From: a virus
Length of the DNA stretch: 64,000 bases
IMG/VR virus record: IMGVR_UViG_3300030116_004360
Coordinates: 26,478 to 90,477 of that record
Reading direction: 5' to 3' (one strand)
Below, one piece after another: positions 48,850 through 57,771 of this stretch. The translations under genes were made by a program, and so were the position numbers. Each line of letters starts with the position of its first letter. Position 1 is the first letter of the stretch. The notes below the pieces were generated by a model. The model saw only the letters and a list, made by a program, of their open reading frames with translations, did not search any database and was not told the origin of the DNA.

Positions 48850-49116
48850 ATGATTAATTGGGCCGATGAAGTAAAACAATACAAAGAACAAGAAAGAGAC
48901 GGATATACTCAAACTGTGGAGGAATGGGTTGAATCTTTGGTTCCTGTTTACTATGTCGATTTAATCGGTGAATACGTAAGATTATGTTTAATGAATGAAT
49001 TAATTCCTAAATCATACGTTGGGATAGAAATATGGAAGTTTATGCAATCAAAGATATTTGACGAATATTTAGAATTGTTTTACAATGAACTTCATGTTCA
49101 AAATGAAGAGGAATAA
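48850..49116 (+). CDS. small acidic cassette protein
   Basis: Sole gene between repeats 48794 and 49144. Confidence 0.7.
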   Translation: MINWADEVKQYKEQERDGYTQTVEEWVESLVPVYYVDLIGEYVRLCLMNELIPKSYVGIEIWKFMQSKIFDEYLELFYNELHVQNEEE

Positions 49117-49239
49117 ACCCCTCTCAGGTTTATCAAAGTAACACCATATGGTAATACTTTCGTCATTATCTTATAAATACAGAATCAATTGCATTTTATT
49201 GGTCTTAGAGGGGCCAAGAACGAATGAAACCCAAAGGAG

Positions 49240-49779
49240 ATGAATAAAATGGTAAGCGATTATAGTATGGATGATGAAGCATGGAATAGACGAGTTAGTA
49301 AGGTTGAAGTTTTCCTTCAATCTAATGATGTTGGAGATTTATCAACGGTTCTTGAGTGGAATATCAACACAGGAAACAATGATTCTGATAACCGTAAAAG
49401 GTATTGGACTTCAATTACTACTCTATTAGGAATGTTGCCTAATAGCCCAATTCAGCGTGGTCGAGAAACTGACCTACCTGATGCAGTTGCTCAAGCAATT
49501 AGAGATGTAAAGGCTATGGTAATAGAAAAGGAGACAGAGCATTATAACAATGGTATGGCTACTTTGATTGAAAAACACGGTAAATCTGGCGGGGGTCTTT
49601 ATGACTCTGCTGAAGAATATGCTGAAAAGATTGGAAAGGCTACGGCTACCCGATTGACTCGGTATTACCGCAATCACGATAAAAAGCGTGATGGCCCTAC
49701 ATGGGATGGAACACTGGAGAATGGCCTTCCAACGGTCAATTACCCAGTAATCAGCATGGAGGCTGAAGAAGAGGAATGA
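49240..49779 (+). CDS. cassette protein, paralog B
   Basis: PNSPIQRG, KHGKSGGG and WDGTLE are shared with 46336..46833. Confidence 0.8.
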   Translation: MNKMVSDYSMDDEAWNRRVSKVEVFLQSNDVGDLSTVLEWNINTGNNDSDNRKRYWTSITTLLGMLPNSPIQRGRETDLPDAVAQAIRDVKAMVIEKETEHYNNGMATLIEKHGKSGGGLYDSAEEYAEKIGKATATRLTRYYRNHDKKRDGPTWDGTLENGLPTVNYPVISMEAEEEE

Positions 49780-49922
49780 GGTCGTTCAACGGCCCCTCTT
49801 CCCAATACCCCAATGACCCACTTAATTGTGGTGAGGGGTGTTATGGGTTAATTACAAAGTATTACCATATGGTAAGGAACTTTGTTCACGAACCTTAATT
49901 ATACGTCAATTAAGTAGTTATC

Positions 49923-50276
49923 ATGAACCCCGAAACAATTGAGAACTTCTTGGACAGAAACGGACTTTATGATGCATTTACTCCTTATGAGGTTGAATCT
50001 GATTATCAAAGAAGTTGCGGATTTGTTTCTCGGATTGTAGGTGATTTAGCGGGTTGGCTTGAACATAAAGAAAACTGTGCTTATGCATGGATTATCTGGC
50101 ATATTGGAAAGAATGAAGTTCGTAAGTTTGTTACACTTGAGCATCTTTATGGACAACGTGAGGAATATGTTAAAGATGCTTTAGAGGGTGATTTTGGGGC
50201 TATGTTGTTAGTATTACAGGCAGAAACAATGATTCAAGAAATAAATGAATTAAGACATATAGGGAGTAGTGATTAA
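49923..50276 (+). CDS. cassette protein of unknown function
   Basis: Starts after the ACCTTAATTAT promoter-like arm of repeat 49865. Confidence 0.7.
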   Translation: MNPETIENFLDRNGLYDAFTPYEVESDYQRSCGFVSRIVGDLAGWLEHKENCAYAWIIWHIGKNEVRKFVTLEHLYGQREEYVKDALEGDFGAMLLVLQAETMIQEINELRHIGSSD

Positions 50277-50354
50277 GAATGAGAAATAGATGTAGTGAAT
50301 GTAATGTATTTGTGAGTAAGAACGTAATAATGTGTTATAAGTGCAGGTGTGTAA

Positions 50355-50468
50355 ATGAGTGATGAAATTAAAATGAATAAGGAAGAATTGGAACGATTGG
50401 CGTTTTATCGCTCAATGGGGCTTAATTTTGAAGCAGTTAAGATTTACAAAGGAAGTGAAGAAGAATGA
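50355..50468 (+). CDS. 37 aa peptide
   Basis: AGGTG RBS; MSDEIKMNKEELERLAFYRSMG…. Confidence 0.5.
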   Translation: MSDEIKMNKEELERLAFYRSMGLNFEAVKIYKGSEEE

Positions 50469-50644
50469 GTAATTTTCAAAGAAGGCATTATGAGTTAATT
50501 GCTATGCAATTAGCCCAATGTGATGCGGATGATTCAGTTATTGAAGCGTTGATTAAAATGTTCAAATGGGATAATTCTCGATTTAATCCTCAAAGGTTCA
50601 AGGATGCAATTCAGAATCATAAGACCCGAACTCCTGTTATTTAG
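50465..50644 (+). CDS. 59 aa hypothetical protein
   Basis: ATGA overlap; MSNFQRRHYELIA…DNSRFNPQRFKDA. Confidence 0.6.
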   Translation: MSNFQRRHYELIAMQLAQCDADDSVIEALIKMFKWDNSRFNPQRFKDAIQNHKTRTPVI

Positions 50645-50729
50645 CAGGGTTCTACTCGTCAAAGAGAATAGAACCATATGGTGCTATACTTTGAATGAAC
50701 CATAAAGTCCGGTCTAATAGCATATAAGT

Positions 50730-50969
50730 ATGAGGCACATACTAATGATTGCAGAAATGATTGAAAATATGAGCGAAAGTGAAAAGATTACATTTCAATA
50801 TATATTTGAAATGGGAGATAGTCGTGACTTTGATAAGCCGTTTAAATCTGTTGATAACTTCCTTAACGCAATATATTCTCTTATGGATATACATAATGAA
50901 GCGTTGGTTGAAGAACAAATGAATATTGTTGATGATTACTTTGATGATTATAATGAACCTATCATCTGA
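50730..50969 (+). CDS. small acidic cassette protein
   Basis: Sole gene between repeats 50674 and 51006; followed by a CCCTTCGGGG hairpin. Confidence 0.65.
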   Translation: MRHILMIAEMIENMSESEKITFQYIFEMGDSRDFDKPFKSVDNFLNAIYSLMDIHNEALVEEQMNIVDDYFDDYNEPII

Positions 50970-51058
50970 TTATCTCCCTTCGGGGAACTTTACTCAAAGT
51001 TCGTTCCATATGGTATTAAAACTTTGAGAGATAATATACCCCGAAGGGTTTTTTTAGG

Positions 51059-51352
51059 TCAGATAGGGCATCTATCTAACCATTCTCTAACACTCTCTTC
51101 AACAGAAGCATTACTCTCTATTTCATCAATCAAGTATTCAATCGCATTAAAGTTCTCAACAGTCATCAAATGAAATTCATTGAAACCATAATGCTTCATA
51201 TTATCAATAAGTCGTTGAAGATTTCTTTTTTCCCTTTGAACCATTACTCCACCTACATTTGAATCAATTATATCATCTGGCATTCGCCATCTATTGACTC
51301 TAACTTCAACCATCTTGTTAAACCAGTTATTGTATTCGGTTTCGGAACTCAT
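51059..51352 (-). CDS. cassette protein
   Basis: Sole gene between repeats 51006 and 51402; UUCG hairpin after the stop. Confidence 0.7.
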   Translation of the reverse strand: MSSETEYNNWFNKMVEVRVNRWRMPDDIIDSNVGGVMVQREKRNLQRLIDNMKHYGFNEFHLMTVENFNAIEYLIDEIESNASVEESVREWLDRCPI

Positions 51353-51449
51353 GTTATATCTAATTTTGAGTATTATGTAAGGTAACTCTCAAAGTTTATT
51401 ACCATATGGTATTAGATTAACTTTGAGATAAAACAAAGACCCCGAAGGG

Positions 51450-51587
51450 TCAATGATTATGCGTCTTGATACGCATTAAGAGGATATATTCCTCTGGAGT
51501 CAAATACTTATGACGTAGTTCATCTACGCATCCTTCACACATCTTATTTCCAGTTGTAAACATTTCATCAAGGCAATCATCGCACAT
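51450..51587 (-). CDS. 45 aa Zn-finger cassette protein
   Basis: Manual translation MCDDCLDEMFTTGNKMCEGCVDELRHK…; ends in a GACCCTTCGGGGTC hairpin. Confidence 0.6.
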   Translation of the reverse strand: MCDDCLDEMFTTGNKMCEGCVDELRHKYLTPEEYILLMRIKTHNH

Positions 51588-51689
51588 AATTATCGGATTT
51601 CATCATCTTTATGAGGTTTATTCACAAAGTTCGCACCATATGGTAACTACTTTGAAATTACCTTAAATAATTGAATTAATTCAATATTA

Positions 51690-51887
51690 GTGCAAGGAAG
51701 ATACATTAGCAATACCACCACCAAGACCAAACGCACTTCGGCATCTTAACGAGATAATGCCTCATAATCGGCCAATTATGGGGATGCACCTTTAGAAACG
51801 GGATTTTGTCGCAATCGTCACTGTGAGGTCACTGTGACGCTTTTCAATGTCTTTGTTCGGATTCCTAGGATTCGCACTAACTTGCAC
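51690..51887 (+). ncRNA. putative structured ncRNA cassette
   Basis: No long ORF between repeats 51636 and 51915. Terminal GTGCAAG/CTTGCAC stem with internal hairpins, placed at the usual distance from the promoter arm. Confidence 0.4.
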
Positions 51888-51979
51888 CCATTTGGGTTTT
51901 ATTCAAAGTTAATACCATATGGTAATGCTTTGAAACTACCATACAACAATTGTTTATACTATTAATAGTGAGGTAAAAT

Positions 51980-52384
51980 ATGCTGGAAATATATGATTAT
52001 ATAGAAGAAAGAGTGAATGAAGAAAATGAATACGTTAATGAGGAATACGGTGAAGATATGATATTTTGTATTGATACAATTTATGAGGATTTTCAGGAAC
52101 AAGTGCCTGAACATTTAATTATTAAATACAACTTAGATGAATATTGTCCATTAGAAACAAGTAATAAAGATGCAATTGTAGTGTTAAAGGATTGTTTTGA
52201 TGAATGGGTTAAAGAAACTAACCCGTTTAGTTGGGACGGTATTGAGCGCAAAATACGAATATATAGAAATGATATGGAAGATATGCGAAGAACTCAAGCG
52301 GCTGAAATGGGTTGCCATGACTATTATGGCGGTAATTATCATCAATCTGATTATGTTGATAATATGTGGTCTAGCCGTTATTAG
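51980..52384 (+). CDS. acidic cassette protein
   Basis: GAGGT RBS; followed by a GCCCTTCGGGGC hairpin. Confidence 0.7.
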   Translation: MLEIYDYIEERVNEENEYVNEEYGEDMIFCIDTIYEDFQEQVPEHLIIKYNLDEYCPLETSNKDAIVVLKDCFDEWVKETNPFSWDGIERKIRIYRNDMEDMRRTQAAEMGCHDYYGGNYHQSDYVDNMWSSRY

Positions 52385-52464
52385 ACCAAATTGTGCCCTT
52401 CGGGGCCATATATCTCAAAGTTACGTCCATATGGTATTAACTTTGCAAAAATACCCCGAAGGGA

Positions 52465-52878
52465 TTAATTGTGTAAATCATACTTAGCCCCCTTGTGGTA
52501 TTCTTCAACCATTAACTGAGTAATGTAATTATTTTCATACAAATATTCAAGAGGCTCATAATTACTCAATAAACGAAGTAATACATCAATTTGAAGTAAA
52601 AGTTCTTGATTAAATGTAAGTCCAAGAGTCCTCAATTCATTATCATAGTGCATACTAATCAAACTCTTTTTTTGGTCACAATCAATACTAGTTTCAGAAC
52701 CACATCTATAACACCTATAAATATCAAATCCCCATGCGCCAAACTCATCAGAATCAATTTCACAGTTTTCATATTCCCATTTATGTTCACACTCCTCAAT
52801 AGGCATAATAGGCCCAATGTTCCTAAATGCCGTTTCAGCGTTCTTATTCAATTCTTCCAAAACTGTTGGTATCTCCAT
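52465..52878 (-). CDS. cassette protein with Zn-ribbon
   Basis: CEHKW…RCYRCG; leaderless start after the left arm of repeat 52928. Confidence 0.7.
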   Translation of the reverse strand: MEIPTVLEELNKNAETAFRNIGPIMPIEECEHKWEYENCEIDSDEFGAWGFDIYRCYRCGSETSIDCDQKKSLISMHYDNELRTLGLTFNQELLLQIDVLLRLLSNYEPLEYLYENNYITQLMVEEYHKGAKYDLHN

Positions 52879-52986
52879 AGTTATATACTAAAATGCCAGT
52901 AATATATGGCAATTCTCAAAGTTATTACCATATGGTATTGTAACTTTGAAAATAATACCTTATATCCTGTATTTGAGTATATAACT

Positions 52987-53466
52987 ATGGAGTTACCCGA
53001 ATTGAACATCAATAAGAACGCAAGAAGTAACAGTCAATGCACATTACATATATGCAGGACTGGTAAAAAGAAGCAATATTACACCCTATATCATGAAGGT
53101 GTGCATATTAACGATTATGGTGGTAATTACTTTTGTGATTATAATGGTAATCTGTCTTATAATTTTGAAAAGGCTGTTAAAAAGGCTATTGTTAGATTTA
53201 ATGAAATAGTAGATTGCGGATACTGGTTTTCTGTTGGTATCGAATATCATGAAGAACCTCGATTAATATATAATAGAGTTGAAGCCTTTGGTATGACTTT
53301 TAAAACTGCTAAATCTGGCAAAGTTATGTGGGGTATCGCTAATAGCGATTTTTGGAATCATTGGAAAAAGGACAAGCAAAAGGTCAAAGATGCAGGTTTT
53401 TGGGTCAAAAAGGTTGATTATCAATGGATGGTATTTTGTAAGATAGAGGCTCAATATGCCGATTAA
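52987..53466 (+). CDS. cassette protein of unknown function
   Basis: Likely start MELPEL (52987) after the right arm of repeat 52928; GCCCTACGGGGC hairpin after the stop. Confidence 0.7.
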   Translation: MELPELNINKNARSNSQCTLHICRTGKKKQYYTLYHEGVHINDYGGNYFCDYNGNLSYNFEKAVKKAIVRFNEIVDCGYWFSVGIEYHEEPRLIYNRVEAFGMTFKTAKSGKVMWGIANSDFWNHWKKDKQKVKDAGFWVKKVDYQWMVFCKIEAQYAD

Positions 53467-53717
53467 ACGCCCTACGGGGCCTATATCTCAAAGTTAAGTC
53501 CATATGGTTGTTGATACGCAGTTAAACACCTTATCAGGTTTTTATAGGATATGACTCGATACATCTCGCAATATCATATTTCCAACCATATGCTTTGCAT
53601 CCGAAAATTTTTTTTATTTCAATTAATCGTTTTTATGCATTGTTGGGTCAAAAAACTTAGTATCTTCACCCACATCTATATAACCTCAACGCTCATAGCC
53701 CATTTGTAGGGTTTAGT

Positions 53718-53933
53718 ATGACTGATTCTAACGAAATTCTTGCACAATTAAAAGAAATTCGTAAAACATTAACTGATGAGTTAAATCGTTTTAAAAAACT
53801 TTCAGACATACCAACAGACATTAAAACTACTTTAAAACAAATAGAGTCAAAGTTGGCAGAACTATACAAAGAGATAGATTTACTATCAAATCAAACAAGA
53901 TTAGAACAATGGGGGGTTGAAATAGGTGAATAA
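53718..53933 (+). CDS. coiled-coil protein with C-terminal PIP-box-like motif
   Basis: Ends …NQTRLEQWGVEIGE. Confidence 0.6.
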   Translation: MTDSNEILAQLKEIRKTLTDELNRFKKLSDIPTDIKTTLKQIESKLAELYKEIDLLSNQTRLEQWGVEIGE

Positions 53934-54130
53934 TAGTTTTATTAATTCATTGAATAAATCAAACATTCTTTATTGTTCTAACATAATCTTTAAAACATAT
54001 TAATTAAAATACAATCTCTTATTCTGGAAATAGAATAAATAACATTAAAAAAATTTTGCTAGTCCCACAAAAATTTCCGGCCAAAAATTGAAAAAAGGTG
54101 TGTTAAAAAATTAATCCTACGGTGAGAGAT

Positions 54131-54484
54131 ATGAGTTGGGAAGATATACTAAAAGCAGAATTTAGGTTTAACGACATTGTATTCAAACCCCATCGTAATG
54201 AACCTCAAGGATGGGAATTTAATAAGGAATTTAAAAATGGTTTATTTATAAGTATTATCGCTGGAACTGGAGTATCTTATTCTAAGCCTAGAGGTAGATT
54301 AGAAGACCCTATGGCTTATACAGAATATGAAATTATGGTGAACACTAATGATAAAAATAATCAGTTAGGTCTAAATCCAGACGGTATAGGTAGTTATAAA
54401 ACTAAAGAAGAAATTGAAGATATAGTCAATAGAGCAATCAAATTAACTGATAAAGAAAATGAAGGAGAGTTTCAATTTGCATAG
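54131..54484 (+). CDS. SW..ILK-motif protein
   Basis: MSWEDILK after a GGTGA RBS. Confidence 0.7.
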   Translation: MSWEDILKAEFRFNDIVFKPHRNEPQGWEFNKEFKNGLFISIIAGTGVSYSKPRGRLEDPMAYTEYEIMVNTNDKNNQLGLNPDGIGSYKTKEEIEDIVNRAIKLTDKENEGEFQFA

Positions 54485-54493
54485 GTGATTAAA

Positions 54494-54697
54494 ATGAGTT
54501 GGGAAAATATAATCAAATTTGAAAGAGACCCCTATTTTTATGGGGAATCTTATATGGAACAGGTTGAAGAAATCGGTGAAGATATTAAAAAGGTTATTGA
54601 GTATTTAGAATCAATACGCATAAGTATGCCTAGTAAAAATTCAGTAAAAATTCAAACTGCAATTAAAATGTTAGAAGATATATATACGGGGACATGA
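54494..54697 (+). CDS. SW..ILK-motif protein
   Basis: MSWENIIK after GGTGA. Confidence 0.7.
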   Translation: MSWENIIKFERDPYFYGESYMEQVEEIGEDIKKVIEYLESIRISMPSKNSVKIQTAIKMLEDIYTGT

Positions 54698-54703
54698 TTA
54701 AAT

Positions 54704-54919
54704 ATGAGTTGGGAAGATATAATCAAAGAAGATAAGACAGTATCAACAACCTTATTAGAAGAAATAATAGAGGAATTAGGAAAATCAATGGATAAAAGGT
54801 CTGAAGTTTTTAGCGATATAAGAATGGATAATCCTAAATTATTATTTAAACTTGTAAGAGAACAAGCACAAGCGATTGAATCTGCTTATAGAAAGTTAGA
54901 ACAGTTAAAAGGTGATTAA
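54704..54919 (+). CDS. SW..ILK-motif protein
   Basis: MSWEDIIK. Confidence 0.7.
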   Translation: MSWEDIIKEDKTVSTTLLEEIIEELGKSMDKRSEVFSDIRMDNPKLLFKLVREQAQAIESAYRKLEQLKGD

Positions 54920-55165
54920 ATGCATAATAGATTACTTGAAGATTGGCTTGATGATGAGTCAGAAAAGATTACTAATTGGGAAAAAGAAAATAAAAGAAAT
55001 TTTCTCGATATATTATTAATATGGAAATGGTTTAGATAAAGGAGAAGAAATGGCGAAATTTATTCATGAAATGTCCAAAGAGGAATTAAAAAGGATTAAT
55101 AAAGGATGGCATATATTCGTCAAAAAACATAACGCTAAATATCTTAAACAACTAGGTGAAGAAGA

Positions 55166-55465
55166 ATGAGTTGGGAAAATATTCTTAAAGAATGGACGGG
55201 TGATTATGGCTCATTAAGTGGTATGAGACAAGACCAAGTTTTAGTCAGTAAATTAACAAATATGGCTAAAGAAATGACTAATATGTTAGATATTGGTGAT
55301 ATTATCAAACAAATTGATGATATGCAAGATGAAATTCAGAAATATCGTGAAGAAACTTCAAAAGCAGAAGGGGCAATTACAACATCAGCACCCGCAACGG
55401 CAGATTTATTCAATATTTCTTATAGTGGAAAAAGAAAAAAGAAAAAGAAGAAGGTGAAAGAATGA
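55166..55465 (+). CDS. SW..ILK-motif protein with basic tail
   Basis: MSWENILK…GKRKKKKKKVKE. Confidence 0.7.
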   Translation: MSWENILKEWTGDYGSLSGMRQDQVLVSKLTNMAKEMTNMLDIGDIIKQIDDMQDEIQKYREETSKAEGAITTSAPATADLFNISYSGKRKKKKKKVKE

Positions 55466-56601
55466 GTTGGACAACTATTTTAAAAAGTAAGGTGGAAAAA
55501 GCACCAAAAAAGACAAAGAAAGCAAGCACAACAACTAAATTTAAGGGTCAAAAGGTGACTCAAGTTTTTAAAGTTGATTTTAAGGATGCTTTTGTTAAAT
55601 GGAAGCGTTCTTGTGTTAATGCTGGAACAGAAAAAATAGGAACTACTGGTGCAACTTCAAAAAATCTATATGATTTTGTAGAAAAACACGTTGTAGAAGA
55701 AGTAATGAGAATAAATTCTCCTAATAGTCCGGGTGACGGTGCTACACAAGTTATTAAATTATTAGAATCATTAACGGAAGGAGAAATAGTTGCTGATGAA
55801 AAGACAATAAAATCACTAAAAAGAGCCTTAAGAAGGTTAGATGCCGTTAAAAAGGACGTTGATTTAAACCCTGCAAACATTCCCTTTACTACACCAACTG
55901 AAGTTTTAGCCGGTGGAAAGGCGGTTTATCCTGATAAGCCAAATACTTTCGGTCATTATAGAACTAAATTATACAATGAATGGGCTAAGAAAAAGGAAAA
56001 TGTTGGTGTAGTTCCAACTAAAGGTAGTTGGATTTCAGAAGAAAGAGATTTTAGTGCAAGACCTCCAATGTATCAAGCATTATATGGTGATGGGCCATTA
56101 GTTTCAGAAGGATTATATAACGTATTAGAAAAAGCAATTCAAGGAATTGATGAAGCAGAGAATGTTATTGTAATTCAACAATTACGTGATGCCGGTGCTT
56201 TAGCAGATGTTCCAGAAATTAAAACAGAACTCGCTGCTTTACTAAAAAACCCAATGTATGTAGATGATAATGGTAAAATAAACTTTAATCGTATGGCTAG
56301 TGCATTTTCTAGAATTAAATTTGATGTTGATTCAGACCAAAAAAGAAAGTATATTGAACAGGCTGCTGGAATTGATGAGTTAGAAGGAGAAATTGTAGCA
56401 TTTTATGTTGAAATTAGTGGAAGAGTTCTAGTTAGAGTAGTTAGAGCAGTATTTGGTAATAGGTTAGGTAGAATGAAATCAGGTAAAGGACATTATATTT
56501 ATGGTGGAGGATTGGATTTCAGACCAAGAAAAGAAGGAGTCCCTGTTAATCATCCACGCGATATTAAGAAATCATGGATGGATAGATTATGGATTGGTTA
56601 A
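55462..56601 (+). CDS. SW..ILK-motif protein (379 aa)
   Basis: MSWTTILK; the C-terminus also carries KKSW. Confidence 0.75.
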   Translation: MSWTTILKSKVEKAPKKTKKASTTTKFKGQKVTQVFKVDFKDAFVKWKRSCVNAGTEKIGTTGATSKNLYDFVEKHVVEEVMRINSPNSPGDGATQVIKLLESLTEGEIVADEKTIKSLKRALRRLDAVKKDVDLNPANIPFTTPTEVLAGGKAVYPDKPNTFGHYRTKLYNEWAKKKENVGVVPTKGSWISEERDFSARPPMYQALYGDGPLVSEGLYNVLEKAIQGIDEAENVIVIQQLRDAGALADVPEIKTELAALLKNPMYVDDNGKINFNRMASAFSRIKFDVDSDQKRKYIEQAAGIDELEGEIVAFYVEISGRVLVRVVRAVFGNRLGRMKSGKGHYIYGGGLDFRPRKEGVPVNHPRDIKKSWMDRLWIG

Positions 56602-56879
56602 TAATATTAAAGGGTCCAAAAATATTTACTGATGAAGGTTGGTTAGAATTAGAGAAGGGTATTAAAGCCGATAAAGTTCCAGCAAATAGAAAAAAATATG
56701 TTAAATTTAGTAATTTAGATGATATTAATAGAAGGATGGTAGAATATTACTTAACAAAAGGAAAAGAAAGACCTAAAGGTAGAAAACAATATTTAGAAGG
56801 TATTCAATCAGAAATGTTAAGAAGTAGTAATGCTAGATTTGATATTGAAGATAAAGGTGGTGATTCAAGTGAACGATAA
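56589..56879 (+). CDS. W..ILK-motif protein
   Basis: MDWLIILK. Confidence 0.65.
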   Translation: MDWLIILKGPKIFTDEGWLELEKGIKADKVPANRKKYVKFSNLDDINRRMVEYYLTKGKERPKGRKQYLEGIQSEMLRSSNARFDIEDKGGDSSER

Positions 56880-57108
56880 TTGGGAAGAAACACTCAAAAA
56901 TGACCTAATAGATAGGGCAAGAAAGAATTTGAGAGAACAAGGAAGAATGGGTGGTTCTGCACCAACGCAATTAAGTAATTCATTTTTAAGATATTCTGGT
57001 GATTTAGAGAAAATTAGAGATGCATTAGAACAACCTAATAATGAATATTTGGTTGCAGAGGCTCTAAAAAGAGTTAATGAATTAATTGAGATGGCAAAAC
57101 AAAGGTGA
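56869..57108 (+). CDS. W..TLK-motif protein
   Basis: GTG start after GGTGA gives MNDNWEETLK. Confidence 0.6.
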   Translation: MNDNWEETLKNDLIDRARKNLREQGRMGGSAPTQLSNSFLRYSGDLEKIRDALEQPNNEYLVAEALKRVNELIEMAKQR

Positions 57109-57114
57109 TTTAAT

Positions 57115-57771
57115 ATGGTAACTCGCCGTCGTTGTAAATTCTGCCAAGATGCGGATAGAGATAACTTAGAGGCCATGTTAGAACAAAATAGAATGACTCC
57201 CGACCAAATAGATAGAGAAAAAGGATGGCCTAGTGGAACATCTTCAAAGCATCAAAGGAATCATATGGGAGATTATGTTAATTCTTCTAATCCACAGTGT
57301 AATTTTTGCACAAATCCTATGAGAGCCGATTTTGAAAGGGCTATGAGTGAAGGAGAATTAACCGCAGAAGCATTATCAGCAGCATTAGAAATGAGTAAAG
57401 AGCAAGTTAAACGTCATATGAAGCATCATTTACAACCTTTAGTCCAAGAATCGGCTGCAATTCAGTTAGCAAAGAAAGAAGTTGATGAAATTGATGTATT
57501 ATCTAACAATATTCAGCGTTTAGAAGCAAAAATTGACGAATTATTCAGTGATGATGATATAAGTGCAAGATATATTGATAGTTTGACTAAATTAGCAAAG
57601 GAAATACGTGAATCTCTCAAGTATTTGATGGAATTTAAGGGTAAATTGGTGCATAAACGACAAGATACCATTATTGTTGCTCAAATGCAGATAGTTCAAG
57701 AGGTTTTAGCACAACAACACCCTCAAGTTTGGCTAGATATTAAGGGTAAAATGGAGGAAAGATTACAATGA
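57115..57771 (+). CDS. tandem Zn-finger/HTH + coiled-coil protein (terminase small subunit candidate)
   Basis: Two CxxC…HxxxH repeats (CKFC…HQRNH; CNFC…HMKHH) followed by a helical oligomerisation-like region. Confidence 0.5.
   Translation: MVTRRRCKFCQDADRDNLEAMLEQNRMTPDQIDREKGWPSGTSSKHQRNHMGDYVNSSNPQCNFCTNPMRADFERAMSEGELTAEALSAALEMSKEQVKRHMKHHLQPLVQESAAIQLAKKEVDEIDVLSNNIQRLEAKIDELFSDDDISARYIDSLTKLAKEIRESLKYLMEFKGKLVHKRQDTIIVAQMQIVQEVLAQQHPQVWLDIKGKMEERLQ

Larger units (their letters stand above)
45904..53597. repeat. dispersed palindromic repeat family CAAAG-N-(A)CCATATGG(T)-N-CTTTG, about 17 full or partial copies
   Basis: Cores at about 45904 (half), 46913, 47009, 47408, 47908, 48794, 49144, 49865, 50674, 51006, 51402, 51636, 51915, 52427, 52928, 53500 and 53586. 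All lie between the likely real genes. Confidence 0.9.

Noticed and set aside
46900-53600. CRISPR array interpretation of the CCATATGG repeats
   Set aside because: The intervals are long, uneven and contain whole genes, the repeat has variable internal spacing, and there is no cas operon.
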